A program made the position numbers and the translations under genes. The notes under the pieces were generated by a model. It did no database searches, was not told the DNA's origin, and worked only from the letters and a program-made list of their open reading frames with translations. Of a DNA stretch of 64,000 bases, positions 26,945-36,869 are shown one piece after another (within the stretch, counting starts at the first letter, position 1; every line of letters begins with the position of its first letter). The DNA is from Pseudobdellovibrionaceae bacterium. Lineage in GTDB: Bacteria; Bdellovibrionota; Bdellovibrionia; Bdellovibrionales; UBA1609. Location of the stretch: the NCBI GenBank assembly GCA_043757545.1, contig JAYVPG010000021.1, positions 13,207-77,206 of the forward strand. Direction: 5' to 3'.

Positions 26945-27611
26945 CAAAATTTTGGTGATCGATGACGAAGACACGATCCGCCGCATGCTGCGTATCAACT
27001 TCGAATCACGCGGATACAAAGTAAGTGAGGCAAGCACAGCGCGAGAGGGATTGAACAAGACGGCATCGTTTCAACCCCACTTGGTGATATTGGATCTGAA
27101 TCTTCCCGATAAGAATGGCTTCGAGGTTTTAAAAACGCTGAGAGAATGGACAACCGTTCCGATACTGGTGTTAACGGTCGATGATAGCGAGCAGTCGAAA
27201 GTCACACTACTCGAGGCCGGTGCCGATGACTACATCACCAAGCCATTTAGCATTCCTGAGCTTATGGCGCGGATCAAAGTCAGCCTACGTCACCAGTTGA
27301 ACGAGGGGGCCATGCCGGTATTTGTATCGGGCGATCTGAAGATTGATTTAGCCAGCCGAATAGTCACGGTCGCCGATCAACCCGTTAAACTCACGTCGAC
27401 CGAATACGAGTTTGTCAAAATCTTGGCCAAAAATGCCGGCAAAGTCGTCGCGCAGGAATTTCTGCTCACCGAGATTTGGGGCAAACACGCTCACGGCAAC
27501 AATCACTACTTAAGAATTTATGTCGGTCAGTTGAGAAAAAAATTAGAACAAGACCCTTCGTCGCCAAAACATATTATAACCGAACCCGGAGTCGGTTACC
27601 GCCTGCTATGA
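26937..27611 (+). CDS. kdpE: KdpE-type OmpR-family response regulator
   Basis: GADDYITKPFSIPELMARIKVSLRH and NNHYLRIYVGQLRKKLEQDPSSPKHIITEPGVGYRL closely parallel E. coli KdpE. It overlaps the kinase gene by 8 nt. Confidence 0.85.
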   Translation: MDSKILVIDDEDTIRRMLRINFESRGYKVSEASTAREGLNKTASFQPHLVILDLNLPDKNGFEVLKTLREWTTVPILVLTVDDSEQSKVTLLEAGADDYITKPFSIPELMARIKVSLRHQLNEGAMPVFVSGDLKIDLASRIVTVADQPVKLTSTEYEFVKILAKNAGKVVAQEFLLTEIWGKHAHGNNHYLRIYVGQLRKKLEQDPSSPKHIITEPGVGYRLL

Positions 27612-27636
27612 GTTGCGGTTTAAGAAAGAGTGCTTT

Positions 27637-29466
27637 ATGCCACTAGATAAATTAAAACGCCTAATCGTCGGGACGCCGCTGAAAACAGAAATGATGCATC
27701 TGGAGCGAATTCCTAAATGGAAAGCGCTCGCCGTACTCTCGTCTGATGCTCTCTCTTCAGTGGCCTATGCGACCGAAGAGGTTTTAATTCCACTTTCACT
27801 TTTCGCGGTGGCGGCGGTTGCCTGGTCCCTCCCTATTGCTCTGGCCATTCTACTTTTGCTCGTCGTGGTGACCGTTTCTTATCAACAAACCATCGACGCC
27901 TATCCAAATGGCGGCGGCGCCTACACCGTCGCCAAAGAGAACTTGGGAACAAACGCTGGGCTGATCGCGGCCGCCGCCCTGCTGATCGATTATGTCCTGA
28001 CCGTTGCTGTTTCGGTCGCGGCGGGCGTTGAAAATATCGGAGCAGCATTTCCGTTTATCGCCGCCCACAAAGAGGCCACTGGAGTCTTTGTGATTGGCGT
28101 GATTATGATTTTTAATTTGCGCGGAGTCCGTGAATCTGCCAGCATATTTGCTCTTCCAACTTATCTCTTCATATTTTCATTTCTTGTTTTAATTGGTACG
28201 GGGGCGTGGCAATTGATCACCGGAAGCGCCGTTACGGTTGCACCCGTGATTCACGAAGTTTATCCCGCGATTCCCATTTTTCTTTTGTTAAAAGCCTTTT
28301 CGTCAGGTTGCGCGGCACTGACCGGTATCGAAGCGATCTCCAATGGAATTCCTATCTTTACCGAGCCTTCACAAAACAATGCCAAATGGACGATGATTTG
28401 GATGTCCTCAATTTTAGGATTTTTATTTATTAGTATCACTGCGCTAGCGCACCTGTATGGCATCATCCCTAAGGAGGGTGAGACCGCGGTTTCACTTCTT
28501 GCCACTTCGATTTTTGGGCGCGGCGCCTTTTATTATATAGTCCAAGCGACGACAGCTCTGATTTTGGTACTCGCGGCCAATACAAGTTACGCCGATTTTC
28601 CACGGCTCGCTTCGCTGCTCTCCAAAGATGGTTTTTTGCCCCGCCAATTGGGAAGTCTGGGTGACCGCCTTGTCTTCTCAAACGGAATCATTGGACTCAG
28701 CCTCGCCGCACTTTCTTTGGTCGTTCTCTTTCAAGGGGACACTCACCAGTTGATTCCCCTCTATGCCGTCGGCGTATTTCTTTCATTCACACTTTCGCAA
28801 TCAGGAATGATCTTGCATCATTTCCGCACCAAACACCGAGGATGGCGGAAGGCCGCATTTTTCAACCTTATAGGAGCCATGACCACGCTTCTCGTTTTGG
28901 TGGTCATCGCCTTTACCAAGTTCCTCGGTGGCGCATGGATGGTAATTGTCCTAATTCCCCTCTTCGTTTTACTCTTCAAACAAATCCGTGCACACTACGT
29001 TTACACTGCTAAAAAACTGCTCTCCGCGACAATGCGCGAGCGCCGACCGCTCGGGCCGGTGAAACACACAGCGATTGTACCGGTGTCCGGGATCCACCCC
29101 GGAGTGCTCGCCGCGGTTAGATACGCGCTTTCAATCTCTTCCGACGCTCGCGCCTGCTATGTTAATTTGAATCCAGATGCCACTGCAAAACTTATCGATC
29201 AGTGGCAAAAGGCCGTGCCAAGTGTGCAGCTTGTAGTTTTGGAGTCGCCCTATCGCTCTATGATTCGCTCAATTTTGGACTACATCGGATCGGTTAGTCA
29301 CGAGGCCGGCGACGATATGGTGACTGTCATTATTCCGGAATTCGTCACCGACAAATGGTATCACAAGTTTTTGCACAATCAGTCGGCGATTTTACTCTTT
29401 GCAGTCTTACGTGCAAAACGCGGGATCGTGGTCACGAGCATTCGCTATCATCTTGGAGATATATGA
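27637..29466 (+). CDS. kimA: KimA-type APC-superfamily K+/H+ symporter with C-terminal cytoplasmic domain
   Basis: RLIVGTPLK...KALAVLSSDALSSVAYATEE...YPNGGGAYTVAKENLG closely matches the B. subtilis KimA (YdaO) N-terminus as I recall it. It is about 610 aa with roughly 12 TM segments and a soluble tail. Confidence 0.7.
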   Translation: MPLDKLKRLIVGTPLKTEMMHLERIPKWKALAVLSSDALSSVAYATEEVLIPLSLFAVAAVAWSLPIALAILLLLVVVTVSYQQTIDAYPNGGGAYTVAKENLGTNAGLIAAAALLIDYVLTVAVSVAAGVENIGAAFPFIAAHKEATGVFVIGVIMIFNLRGVRESASIFALPTYLFIFSFLVLIGTGAWQLITGSAVTVAPVIHEVYPAIPIFLLLKAFSSGCAALTGIEAISNGIPIFTEPSQNNAKWTMIWMSSILGFLFISITALAHLYGIIPKEGETAVSLLATSIFGRGAFYYIVQATTALILVLAANTSYADFPRLASLLSKDGFLPRQLGSLGDRLVFSNGIIGLSLAALSLVVLFQGDTHQLIPLYAVGVFLSFTLSQSGMILHHFRTKHRGWRKAAFFNLIGAMTTLLVLVVIAFTKFLGGAWMVIVLIPLFVLLFKQIRAHYVYTAKKLLSATMRERRPLGPVKHTAIVPVSGIHPGVLAAVRYALSISSDARACYVNLNPDATAKLIDQWQKAVPSVQLVVLESPYRSMIRSILDYIGSVSHEAGDDMVTVIIPEFVTDKWYHKFLHNQSAILLFAVLRAKRGIVVTSIRYHLGDI

Positions 29467-30803
29467 AAAAAATCATCTGTTTTTTGCTCTTCGCGTTGGT
29501 ATTCAATGGTCGAGCCGAGGAAAAGTCCACGGAGCCATTTGCCTTTGCGGATTTCAGCTGGCTCAACGGCAACAGTCGGCAAAAATACTCGTTGCTCGAT
29601 AGCAAATATATCACCGGAGAATTTCTAGCTGACGTCAACTACATCTATGATTTTTCGAATCCAAAAGACCACACTTTAGTGGGCTCCACTTCTGCTGGTC
29701 GAACGGGAGAATTTCAACTGCAGCAGCTTGGAGTGGGCGGCGATTTTCATTTTGAAAATGCACGCGGGCGAATCATGACTCAATTTGGCATGTACTCGAC
29801 CATGACGCCTCGGAATGACGGCAGCACGGCGCGTGGACAGTGGGCCCTAAACGATGCCTATCGGTATATCTCCGAAGCTTACGGCGGATATCACTGGAAC
29901 ACGTGGAATGGCATTAATCTAGATGCCGGCATTTTCATGTCTTACGTCGGACTCTTTAGCTACTACAACGTAGAGAACTGGGCGTATCAAGCCTCTTACA
30001 CCTCAGCCAACACTCCGTGGTTTTTTAATGGTCTTCGCTTACAGACGTTTCCTACCGACCATCTCAAGGTCGAATTTTGGCTGATCAACGGCTGGCAGTC
30101 CTATGCCAGCTACAATGAAATGCCGGGCCTTGGTTATCAGTTGCTGTATCGTTCTAACGGTGACAATTCAATTCTCTCGAACGGATATTGGGGAGCAGAC
30201 ACTTTAAATAATCCCGGTCGCAATCGCTATCACAGCGACAATAGCTACACCCATAAGTACCTAGATAAACCGGCCTCATTTATCAGCAAAGGGGCTTTCT
30301 CGTCGACCTTTGAGTTTGGTTGTGAAAATGGCGGAGGCGTAAAATGCTGGGGTGGCAATGCCGCGCAACCAAGTCAGTACTTCTTGAGCGCCATGGCCTA
30401 CAACCGCCTGTGGTTCGCTCAAGACAAATATGCCGTCACTGTCGGCGGCGGATTTTTAAATAATCCAGGTCGCTATTTGGTTCTTCTTCCCCCCGTGCAA
30501 ACTGCGACGGGCAATGGCGCTTCGGCAACTAATAATTCTTGCCCCGGCTGCTTTACTCAGAATCCGGGCGATTCTTTTCGCGCGTGGGACTACACAGTCA
30601 CATTTGACTATCTTCCGGATCAATTTGTAACGTATCGAGCCGAGTACAACCACCGCGAGACCAATGTCGAGTATTTCGCAGGCCCTAAGGGCATTACTTC
30701 TCCATCTGGAAACAACAACGCTGGTGCGCCCCCGGCCGACTGGACGCCAGATTTGGTGAAGCGAGACGACCGCATCAACCTCTCGATGATGGTGCGGTTC
30801 TAG
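29463..30803 (+). CDS. Outer-membrane beta-barrel porin
   Basis: I trimmed the start to MKKIICFLLF, which has an ATGA overlap with kimA. It has a signal peptide, a Tyr/Gly/Asn-rich strand pattern and a C-terminal MMVRF. Confidence 0.6.
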   Translation: MKKIICFLLFALVFNGRAEEKSTEPFAFADFSWLNGNSRQKYSLLDSKYITGEFLADVNYIYDFSNPKDHTLVGSTSAGRTGEFQLQQLGVGGDFHFENARGRIMTQFGMYSTMTPRNDGSTARGQWALNDAYRYISEAYGGYHWNTWNGINLDAGIFMSYVGLFSYYNVENWAYQASYTSANTPWFFNGLRLQTFPTDHLKVEFWLINGWQSYASYNEMPGLGYQLLYRSNGDNSILSNGYWGADTLNNPGRNRYHSDNSYTHKYLDKPASFISKGAFSSTFEFGCENGGGVKCWGGNAAQPSQYFLSAMAYNRLWFAQDKYAVTVGGGFLNNPGRYLVLLPPVQTATGNGASATNNSCPGCFTQNPGDSFRAWDYTVTFDYLPDQFVTYRAEYNHRETNVEYFAGPKGITSPSGNNNAGAPPADWTPDLVKRDDRINLSMMVRF

Positions 30804-30924
30804 CGAAAAACTAATACATAGGTCCAGTCGTAAACGCCTTCAGTTGAAAGGCTGAAGCTCCGATAAAAAGACTGAGTAACTATGTATTTAAGAAACTTGT
30901 TTAGAAAATTGAATCGAGTTTCAC

Positions 30925-32415
30925 GTGGGTAAGAAATTAGCCGGGGCACGGGTTTTATTTATAGTTCGCAACCCCTCGGGCATGGGGACGTTGATCAATT
31001 ACCTCACCAGCCGCAAAATAAAAACGTGGACCATTTCGAGTGTCAAAGAGGCTCCAGAAAAGATTTTGGAAAATCAAATTGATGTGGTGATTCTGAGCTC
31101 GAGCCTAAAAGGAATTAAAGTCGAAAAAATCTGCGCGCTCCTCTTCAAAGAGTTCAATGTGCCAAGCATCGTCTTTAGCGAAGACACTTCACGCAAAGCG
31201 GAAGCGGATTTGATGCGTATCGAAGTCAATCAAAAGGTCATACCCCCAAATCACAATTCTAAATTTATGGAAGCTCTTCAATCCACGCTTGGAACAGACT
31301 TGGACGAGAGGGTCGCAGATGGTCCTTTCGGCGTTAAGCGACAAAATTGGCTACCGCTAAATGCGATGCCGATCACGGTCGATCAGGTTCCAGGAAAAGG
31401 GACTTGGATCAAACTAGACCCAGATGCAGAATCGACCCCACCCTTCACCTATAAATTGGCACAACCGCGTGGCACGACGAGTGGAAACTCACGTTACTTT
31501 TATCTCGGAGACGCCGCGCCAACTCCGAGTGACGTTAGCGGATTCTTTTCCGCCGAGAGAAATTTAAATTCCGGCGGCGCAAACGCCGAAGACGAAGATG
31601 TCTATGATTCAGGTGAATATTCTCGCAAGAAAAAAAACGAGATTCACTATGAATTTGGCAATGCGGCCGAAGCGGCCAAGCGACCGAACCAAATCGATTT
31701 AACCAGTGAAATCGCAGATAAACTGAAGACCGCCGGTACAAAAAATGAAACCCCCACTAGCGTGATTGAGCAGGCGTTGAAAGATGCCGCAAGTTATATC
31801 AATCGAATTTCGTCCCCACAAATAGGGCCGGTGAACCCACCAACACACTTTATGGCCTCGCTCATCAAAACTAATAAATCCGAGGGCTATCTGCTAACGA
31901 CTCTGACTGAAAACCAGGTCCTTGAAGCCACCGCCTACTCTGAGCTGAATGAGATTGTAAAAGCAAAGCTCAAAGAGAACGGTGAAGAGGTCATAGAGCT
32001 GACTCCGCCTCTGCTCTTTGAGCAAGCGATGCTTGATTTTCTACCTTGGGCGGAGGCAAGCTCCTACTACGTCACCTCTCCCGAAACGAAAGATCAAAAT
32101 CTGGTTTATATTTTTGTAAAGGCCCCACTGTCCGAAGTTTTGCTCACCCAATCGGGCGAAGATATGTTCTCGGTTCCACTGAGCACTATGCGCTCAGACA
32201 TTAAATTGACCTTTGATTTGTATGTAGCTATGCCGAAAAACAATAAGTATCTGCTCTATGCGCGCAAGGGCACGATCTTTGCCGAGCGGGCGATCGTCAA
32301 TTTTGAGAAACATAAAGTAAATAAAATTTTTGTACGTCGAGAGGATCAAAATCTCTACTATGCCTATCGCGCATCCGCATTTCTCGCCGAGAAACGCAAA
32401 GTCCAAGGCTTTTAG
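30925..32415 (+). CDS. Hypothetical protein with degenerate receiver-like N-terminus
   Basis: It starts at GTG. The N-terminal roughly 110 aa have the alternating pattern of a CheY fold (VLFIV...VVILSS...SIVFS), but I see no clear acidic pocket. The rest is unrecognised. Confidence 0.45.
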   Translation: MGKKLAGARVLFIVRNPSGMGTLINYLTSRKIKTWTISSVKEAPEKILENQIDVVILSSSLKGIKVEKICALLFKEFNVPSIVFSEDTSRKAEADLMRIEVNQKVIPPNHNSKFMEALQSTLGTDLDERVADGPFGVKRQNWLPLNAMPITVDQVPGKGTWIKLDPDAESTPPFTYKLAQPRGTTSGNSRYFYLGDAAPTPSDVSGFFSAERNLNSGGANAEDEDVYDSGEYSRKKKNEIHYEFGNAAEAAKRPNQIDLTSEIADKLKTAGTKNETPTSVIEQALKDAASYINRISSPQIGPVNPPTHFMASLIKTNKSEGYLLTTLTENQVLEATAYSELNEIVKAKLKENGEEVIELTPPLLFEQAMLDFLPWAEASSYYVTSPETKDQNLVYIFVKAPLSEVLLTQSGEDMFSVPLSTMRSDIKLTFDLYVAMPKNNKYLLYARKGTIFAERAIVNFEKHKVNKIFVRREDQNLYYAYRASAFLAEKRKVQGF

Positions 32416-32426
32416 AGCACACCCAG

Positions 32427-32801
32427 CTAAATAGTCTCTAATATTGTAGTGACGAGTTTCTCGCCACCAAACGGTTTCGGCAAAAGCGCCACCGCACCTT
32501 TGCGAAGTGCATCGTCGGCGCCAATATCCGCATGTCCAGTGATCAAAATGACTTTGGGTTGATGCCCTTTTAACTCTTTAATCTGGGTCAGCAGGCCGAT
32601 CCCATCGCCTCCGGGCATCCGAATATCTGAAATTACAAGGTCCAACCTGTTACTCTGAATAAGCTGCATCGCCACTACTCCGTTGGGAGCATCTATAACT
32701 TTGGCCCCATGGGCCCTGAGTGTGGAACACAAAACCTCGCGCAAGGTCTGTTCGTCGTCGACCAATAGAATAAAAAGGCCATCGAGGCGTGCGATACTCA
32801 T
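32427..32801 (-). CDS. Single-domain CheY-like response regulator
   Basis: ILLVDDEQ, LVISDIRMPGGDG and LLPKPF are receiver motifs. I trimmed the start to MSIARLDG. Confidence 0.8.
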   Translation of the reverse strand: MSIARLDGLFILLVDDEQTLREVLCSTLRAHGAKVIDAPNGVVAMQLIQSNRLDLVISDIRMPGGDGIGLLTQIKELKGHQPKVILITGHADIGADDALRKGAVALLPKPFGGEKLVTTILETI

Positions 32802-32859
32802 TAGATTTACGATACGGTAAAGATTTCCTAACCACACGCTTCAACGCAGTCTGTCTCGA

Positions 32860-34104
32860 TTAAAACATATATCCCATCCCCAGATTAAAACGGTCACCGC
32901 GCGAGTTGTCGGCATACTCCTGGTAGTCCGCCTTAAATACGACGGAAGGGTGTGGATGAAAAGATAGGCCCGCGGTCACCACTCGATCCGCGTTCGCCGA
33001 ATCCCCAGAAAGGCCGGCCGACATTTTCGATTGGGTGTTGAATTGTTCAAAACGAATAAACGGCGCAAGTGACTGGTCGTCCTTCGACCAAACTGTATAA
33101 GCGACTTCCGTCAACCAGCCGTAGAATTGGGTCGGAACAAACACCCTATCGGTGAAGCCGGTCGTGGCAGAATTCGCGATATTGTAGGCCGCCAATGCCT
33201 CATTGATTTGATCCGCACCACTGATCGTTCCCTGGGCATAGACAGCTTGTACGTCAAAGCCGTGTCGTTGAAAGCGTGTGTGAAGGTCCCATAACGTCAA
33301 GCGGGCGCCAGTGCTGCCAAGATCAGGAAGGGAACTGTCGGCTTTGTTGCTCGCATTTCCTTGAGTCGTTCCGCCCGTAAAAACAGCCGCACCTGCCAAT
33401 AGGCCAGGAACTCCGCGATAGTTAAGCGCCATATAAAATGCAGGATCGCTCGCCTTTGCATTTTGCAATTCTTGATGCATTCCAGACAACGGAGCACCGG
33501 CATCCTCAAACTTCGCAATGTCAAATCCAGTAGTCACTCCAAGGTCCCAGCTCAAACCCACGTCCGTTGTACCCGACAGCCCAATTCCCCCTTCGCGCCA
33601 GGTGGAAGGAATGATTCGAGTTTCGACTTCATTGCGCTCCACCGAATGGAATACAGGCGGCTCATGATTTTGATTTAAGAGCCCAAGTGGTATGAGAAAA
33701 AGTCCGACTTTGAGTTTAAAATCTGGGCCGATGTTGTAATCGATGTAAGCCTGTTCAATCTCAGTTTCACCGTCATCGGTTTTGCTAACGATCGCATGCT
33801 CCCATTCAACCTCGCTAAAAAATCCAATTTGCTCATTGAAGCGATGGCCAAAAAATAAAACAAAGCGATTAAGATCCGCCTGGCTGCGCGAGGGCTCTTG
33901 ACTGTAGTGATTGTAATGGATTTCACCATATCCACCGATCATCGTGTCTGACGCGCCTTTTATAGACTGCGCGGGAGTACGGTCGTTTTGCAACGCTTGA
34001 ACTTGCGTTTTTAAAGTTTCTATCTGGCTTTGCAAATCGGAATCGCTGCCACGAGCCGCGGCACTTACAAAGATCAAGACTGTCATCACCACCAATTTTT
34101 TCAT
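32860..34104 (-). CDS. Outer-membrane porin with N-terminal coiled-coil (phosphate-selective porin O/P-like)
   Basis: I trimmed the start to MKKLVVMTVLIF. It has a signal peptide, a LQSQIETLKTQVQALQ coiled coil, then barrel strands. It ends in GMGYMF. Confidence 0.6.
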   Translation of the reverse strand: MKKLVVMTVLIFVSAAARGSDSDLQSQIETLKTQVQALQNDRTPAQSIKGASDTMIGGYGEIHYNHYSQEPSRSQADLNRFVLFFGHRFNEQIGFFSEVEWEHAIVSKTDDGETEIEQAYIDYNIGPDFKLKVGLFLIPLGLLNQNHEPPVFHSVERNEVETRIIPSTWREGGIGLSGTTDVGLSWDLGVTTGFDIAKFEDAGAPLSGMHQELQNAKASDPAFYMALNYRGVPGLLAGAAVFTGGTTQGNASNKADSSLPDLGSTGARLTLWDLHTRFQRHGFDVQAVYAQGTISGADQINEALAAYNIANSATTGFTDRVFVPTQFYGWLTEVAYTVWSKDDQSLAPFIRFEQFNTQSKMSAGLSGDSANADRVVTAGLSFHPHPSVVFKADYQEYADNSRGDRFNLGMGYMF

Positions 34105-34344
34105 TCTATGCTCCCGTTCGATGACTAGTGACTTAACGTGCAAGAGTCGGGAAGTCGAGAACTGTGCAAATGGCGCGTCCCTTGAAAATGAAATGAGAAT
34201 GAAAACCAATCGACGTGTCGCAAATTGAGACGCCTTCTTAAGAATAGAAAACTCCTAGACAGAGGCACCAGCGTAGACAGTTTTCGACACTTGCCATAGC
34301 CACCGCGACTCTTCCCTGGCGCATTCCTTGCTCAATATTAAGAC

Positions 34345-34884
34345 ATGAGCAAAGGCTATCTATTTAAATTCTTGGGTCTGGGTAGTCTAACGTTGATTCT
34401 GCCCCTTATCGTGAGCTGCGCGGGCAAATCCGACGGATCTTCCGTTGTAAATACCCAGTCGTCATTTCAAATTGGCGGCGCTTACTATCATTCTTTGCAC
34501 TATGAATATGGCGGAGGAACGATCGCGCCGGGCTCACCGATTCACGTAGATATTGACGTCGATTTCCTGACCAAATATGCCGTCGTCCGTAACACCTACG
34601 GCGCAGGCTCATCTTGTATTTACGCCGTCAATATGAACGACCCTCAGGACGCTCGCCTGATCGACGTTTTGAAAACAATGATCATTCAAAAAGTGATATA
34701 TGGACCAGAGGATTGGATTGTTAACGGAGAGGCTTTTGCCCGCGTGGTGACCAACGCCGGATCGACGGGTTTCATTGTATACAAGGAACATTTAGTCGTG
34801 GGAGATTCGTATATTCTGGACGCCACGAGTCTGTGGCTGGGAATTCAAGATGTGATCAGCGCCTCGTCGTGCACAGTTCCTTAG
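34345..34884 (+). CDS. Hypothetical lipoprotein
   Basis: It has a lipobox (LIVSCAG). I recognise no family. Confidence 0.5.
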   Translation: MSKGYLFKFLGLGSLTLILPLIVSCAGKSDGSSVVNTQSSFQIGGAYYHSLHYEYGGGTIAPGSPIHVDIDVDFLTKYAVVRNTYGAGSSCIYAVNMNDPQDARLIDVLKTMIIQKVIYGPEDWIVNGEAFARVVTNAGSTGFIVYKEHLVVGDSYILDATSLWLGIQDVISASSCTVP

Positions 34885-34907
34885 TTCATCCACCAACCGC
34901 GAACCGG

Positions 34908-35435
34908 TCATTCAATTATCTTCCGATTTTTTAGATCCACGATGCTATTTTGACTCCGTTCAACCCAGTCTTTAATGACCGATCTTTCTTCGTCGGTCAT
35001 AACCGACTTCGGATGAAAAAATCGGTAGATTTTGGGTGGCATTTCGTTTTTCCGCGTCTCTTCTGCTATCGCTTCTAAATCCTCATCGGGGGTGCCGTGA
35101 CCGCCAAATGGAAAGCCCTGCGAAATTTCGAGGTGATAGGTCGCTTCTTCTCGATCCGAATTGATAACCCATCCAACAAGCGGGATGGACGCATACCATG
35201 GCGCTGGAACCTTTACCGAATGGCAGTCGGCACACTTCTGCGCAAATATCGGTTCAATATCGCGAATATATTCGGCCTGAATTCCCTGGTAAATCAAATG
35301 CAGGTTGGCAACCGTTACAACGTGCTTCAATTTCTGGGCATGACTCCCGTTGCTATGGCCCGCATGGGCCCGCGCCACTTGAGCGAAGCTAAGCATGACG
35401 AACGCGAAATTTAGCAATAGGACGCGAAGAATCAT
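34908..35435 (-). CDS. Haem-binding-domain (Haem_bd, PF14376-like) protein
   Basis: KCADCHSVKVPAPWYASIPLVGWVINSDREEATYHL matches the family. I trimmed the start to MILRVLLLNF. Confidence 0.6.
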   Translation of the reverse strand: MILRVLLLNFAFVMLSFAQVARAHAGHSNGSHAQKLKHVVTVANLHLIYQGIQAEYIRDIEPIFAQKCADCHSVKVPAPWYASIPLVGWVINSDREEATYHLEISQGFPFGGHGTPDEDLEAIAEETRKNEMPPKIYRFFHPKSVMTDEERSVIKDWVERSQNSIVDLKNRKIIE

Positions 35436-35689
35436 TGCTTGCACTTTATTGAACGGATCGGAGTTTGGCGACAGAAAACTGTGAAAAGAACCTTCCAATA
35501 CCTGGAATAAGATTTTCGCATCCATCTCGACCGTCGAAAGTCCGGACTTTTATCAAATGACCAGGCCTTTGAAACAATTCCAAGCTGGACAGACTTTCCC
35601 TCTCCCACCCCTCATTCAAAATTGAACCTACACAAAAGAAAAAGTTTGATCCGACGAACTGATTCGTTCGATTTCTAGGAGGCTGATAT

Positions 35690-36466
35690 ATGGTTTCAGT
35701 TTACAAGTCTTTGGTCCGAAGATCGACCATAGTCACGACACTCTCCGTACTGAGTTTAGCGGCCCTCACCGCCTGTGGCTCATCCTCACAGAAACTCGCG
35801 GGCACCACGGACATAAGCGAAGAAACTACGCAGGAGGAGCTTATCCCTCCGACCACAGAGACCCTGGCGATCGAAGCCAGCATTGCGAAAATGGACTTTC
35901 AAGAGCCGGCCCTCGCGCAGTCCGAGATTGTCGCGCTCGAACAGATCTATTCCTATGTCGATCCCACCCGCACGATTTCGTCGAATTTAAAAAGTCAGGC
36001 ACTTGCCTACTACCACGCCAACCTAAGTCGTATTTCAAATAAACGATATCTTACGGTCGTCGACTTTTCGTTGAACTCCAGTCAAGATCGGATGTTTATT
36101 ATTGATATGAAATCGGGAGCAGTGACGGCACTGCACATGGCACACGGAAAGCGCTCCGACTTAAATAACGACGGCTACGCGGAAACGTTTAGCAACAGGC
36201 TCCTTTCGCAGGCCTCTTCACTAGGCGTATATCGTACCGCAGAGACCTACAATGGGAAGCACGGCTTGTCTTTGCGTCTAGACGGACTCTCTGCAACCAA
36301 TTCAAATGCGCGTCGACGCGCGGTCGTTATTCACGGAGCGCCCTACGTGCACGAAATCAATGTCAAGGCCGGTCGAAGCTGGGGATGTCTTGCGGTTCCG
36401 CAAGGTGAAGCCCACAGCGTAGTCGAAATGCTCAAAGGTGGCAGCATAGTCTACGCTGGCCGCTAG
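35690..36466 (+). CDS. YkuD_2-type L,D-transpeptidase catalytic-domain family lipoprotein (paralog of 24474-25223)
   Basis: It has a lipobox (LTACG). LSLRLDGLSATNSNARRRAVVIHGAPYV...GRSWGCLAVP is nearly identical to the paralog. Confidence 0.65.
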   Translation: MVSVYKSLVRRSTIVTTLSVLSLAALTACGSSSQKLAGTTDISEETTQEELIPPTTETLAIEASIAKMDFQEPALAQSEIVALEQIYSYVDPTRTISSNLKSQALAYYHANLSRISNKRYLTVVDFSLNSSQDRMFIIDMKSGAVTALHMAHGKRSDLNNDGYAETFSNRLLSQASSLGVYRTAETYNGKHGLSLRLDGLSATNSNARRRAVVIHGAPYVHEINVKAGRSWGCLAVPQGEAHSVVEMLKGGSIVYAGR

Positions 36467-36469
36467 CGC

Positions 36470-36853
36470 TTAAGCGGCTGGTTCCCAGATTTTTTTCTGT
36501 GTATCGTAAATCGGCTTAATCTTTTGGGTGATCTGCGCCGTTTGTCCCGACAAACGGCAAAGCACCATATCCCCAAGTTTGATTTCGCCTAGCCCATCAA
36601 TGGCCTTTTCGGCAATCGTCGAATCCACGCCTTTTACGCTCGCGACAACGACTAAAAAACTTGTGGGGGCAACTCGTAGGCCCGACGTCAACGATTGAGA
36701 AATCAACGCGGTCACAATCCCTGGACGCAATTCAAGATCAAGCAAAAATTCAGGATGGGATGAAATGTACTCGAATGCGCCCTGCGGAGTTTTAAACTCA
36801 ATATTGCTTTTTGAGCGGCGCCACCACCTGGCAAGCCGAGTTAAAAATCCCAT
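36470..36853 (-). CDS. Hypothetical protein
   Basis: The ORF is intact and lies 16 nt downstream of the previous gene. I recognise no motif. Confidence 0.4.
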   Translation of the reverse strand: MGFLTRLARWWRRSKSNIEFKTPQGAFEYISSHPEFLLDLELRPGIVTALISQSLTSGLRVAPTSFLVVVASVKGVDSTIAEKAIDGLGEIKLGDMVLCRLSGQTAQITQKIKPIYDTQKKIWEPAA

Positions 36854-36869
36854 CCGAGTTCTCCACCAC

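Noticed and set aside
29355-29462. The N-terminal extension of the porin ORF (starting MVSQVFAQ).
   Set aside because: It overlaps the kimA 3' end. The internal Met at 29463 gives a canonical signal peptide and an ATGA junction.
30835-30858. A short hairpin (cttcag-N8-ctgaag) after the porin gene, considered as a terminator.
   Set aside because: The stem is only 6 bp and no T-run follows, which is too weak to call.
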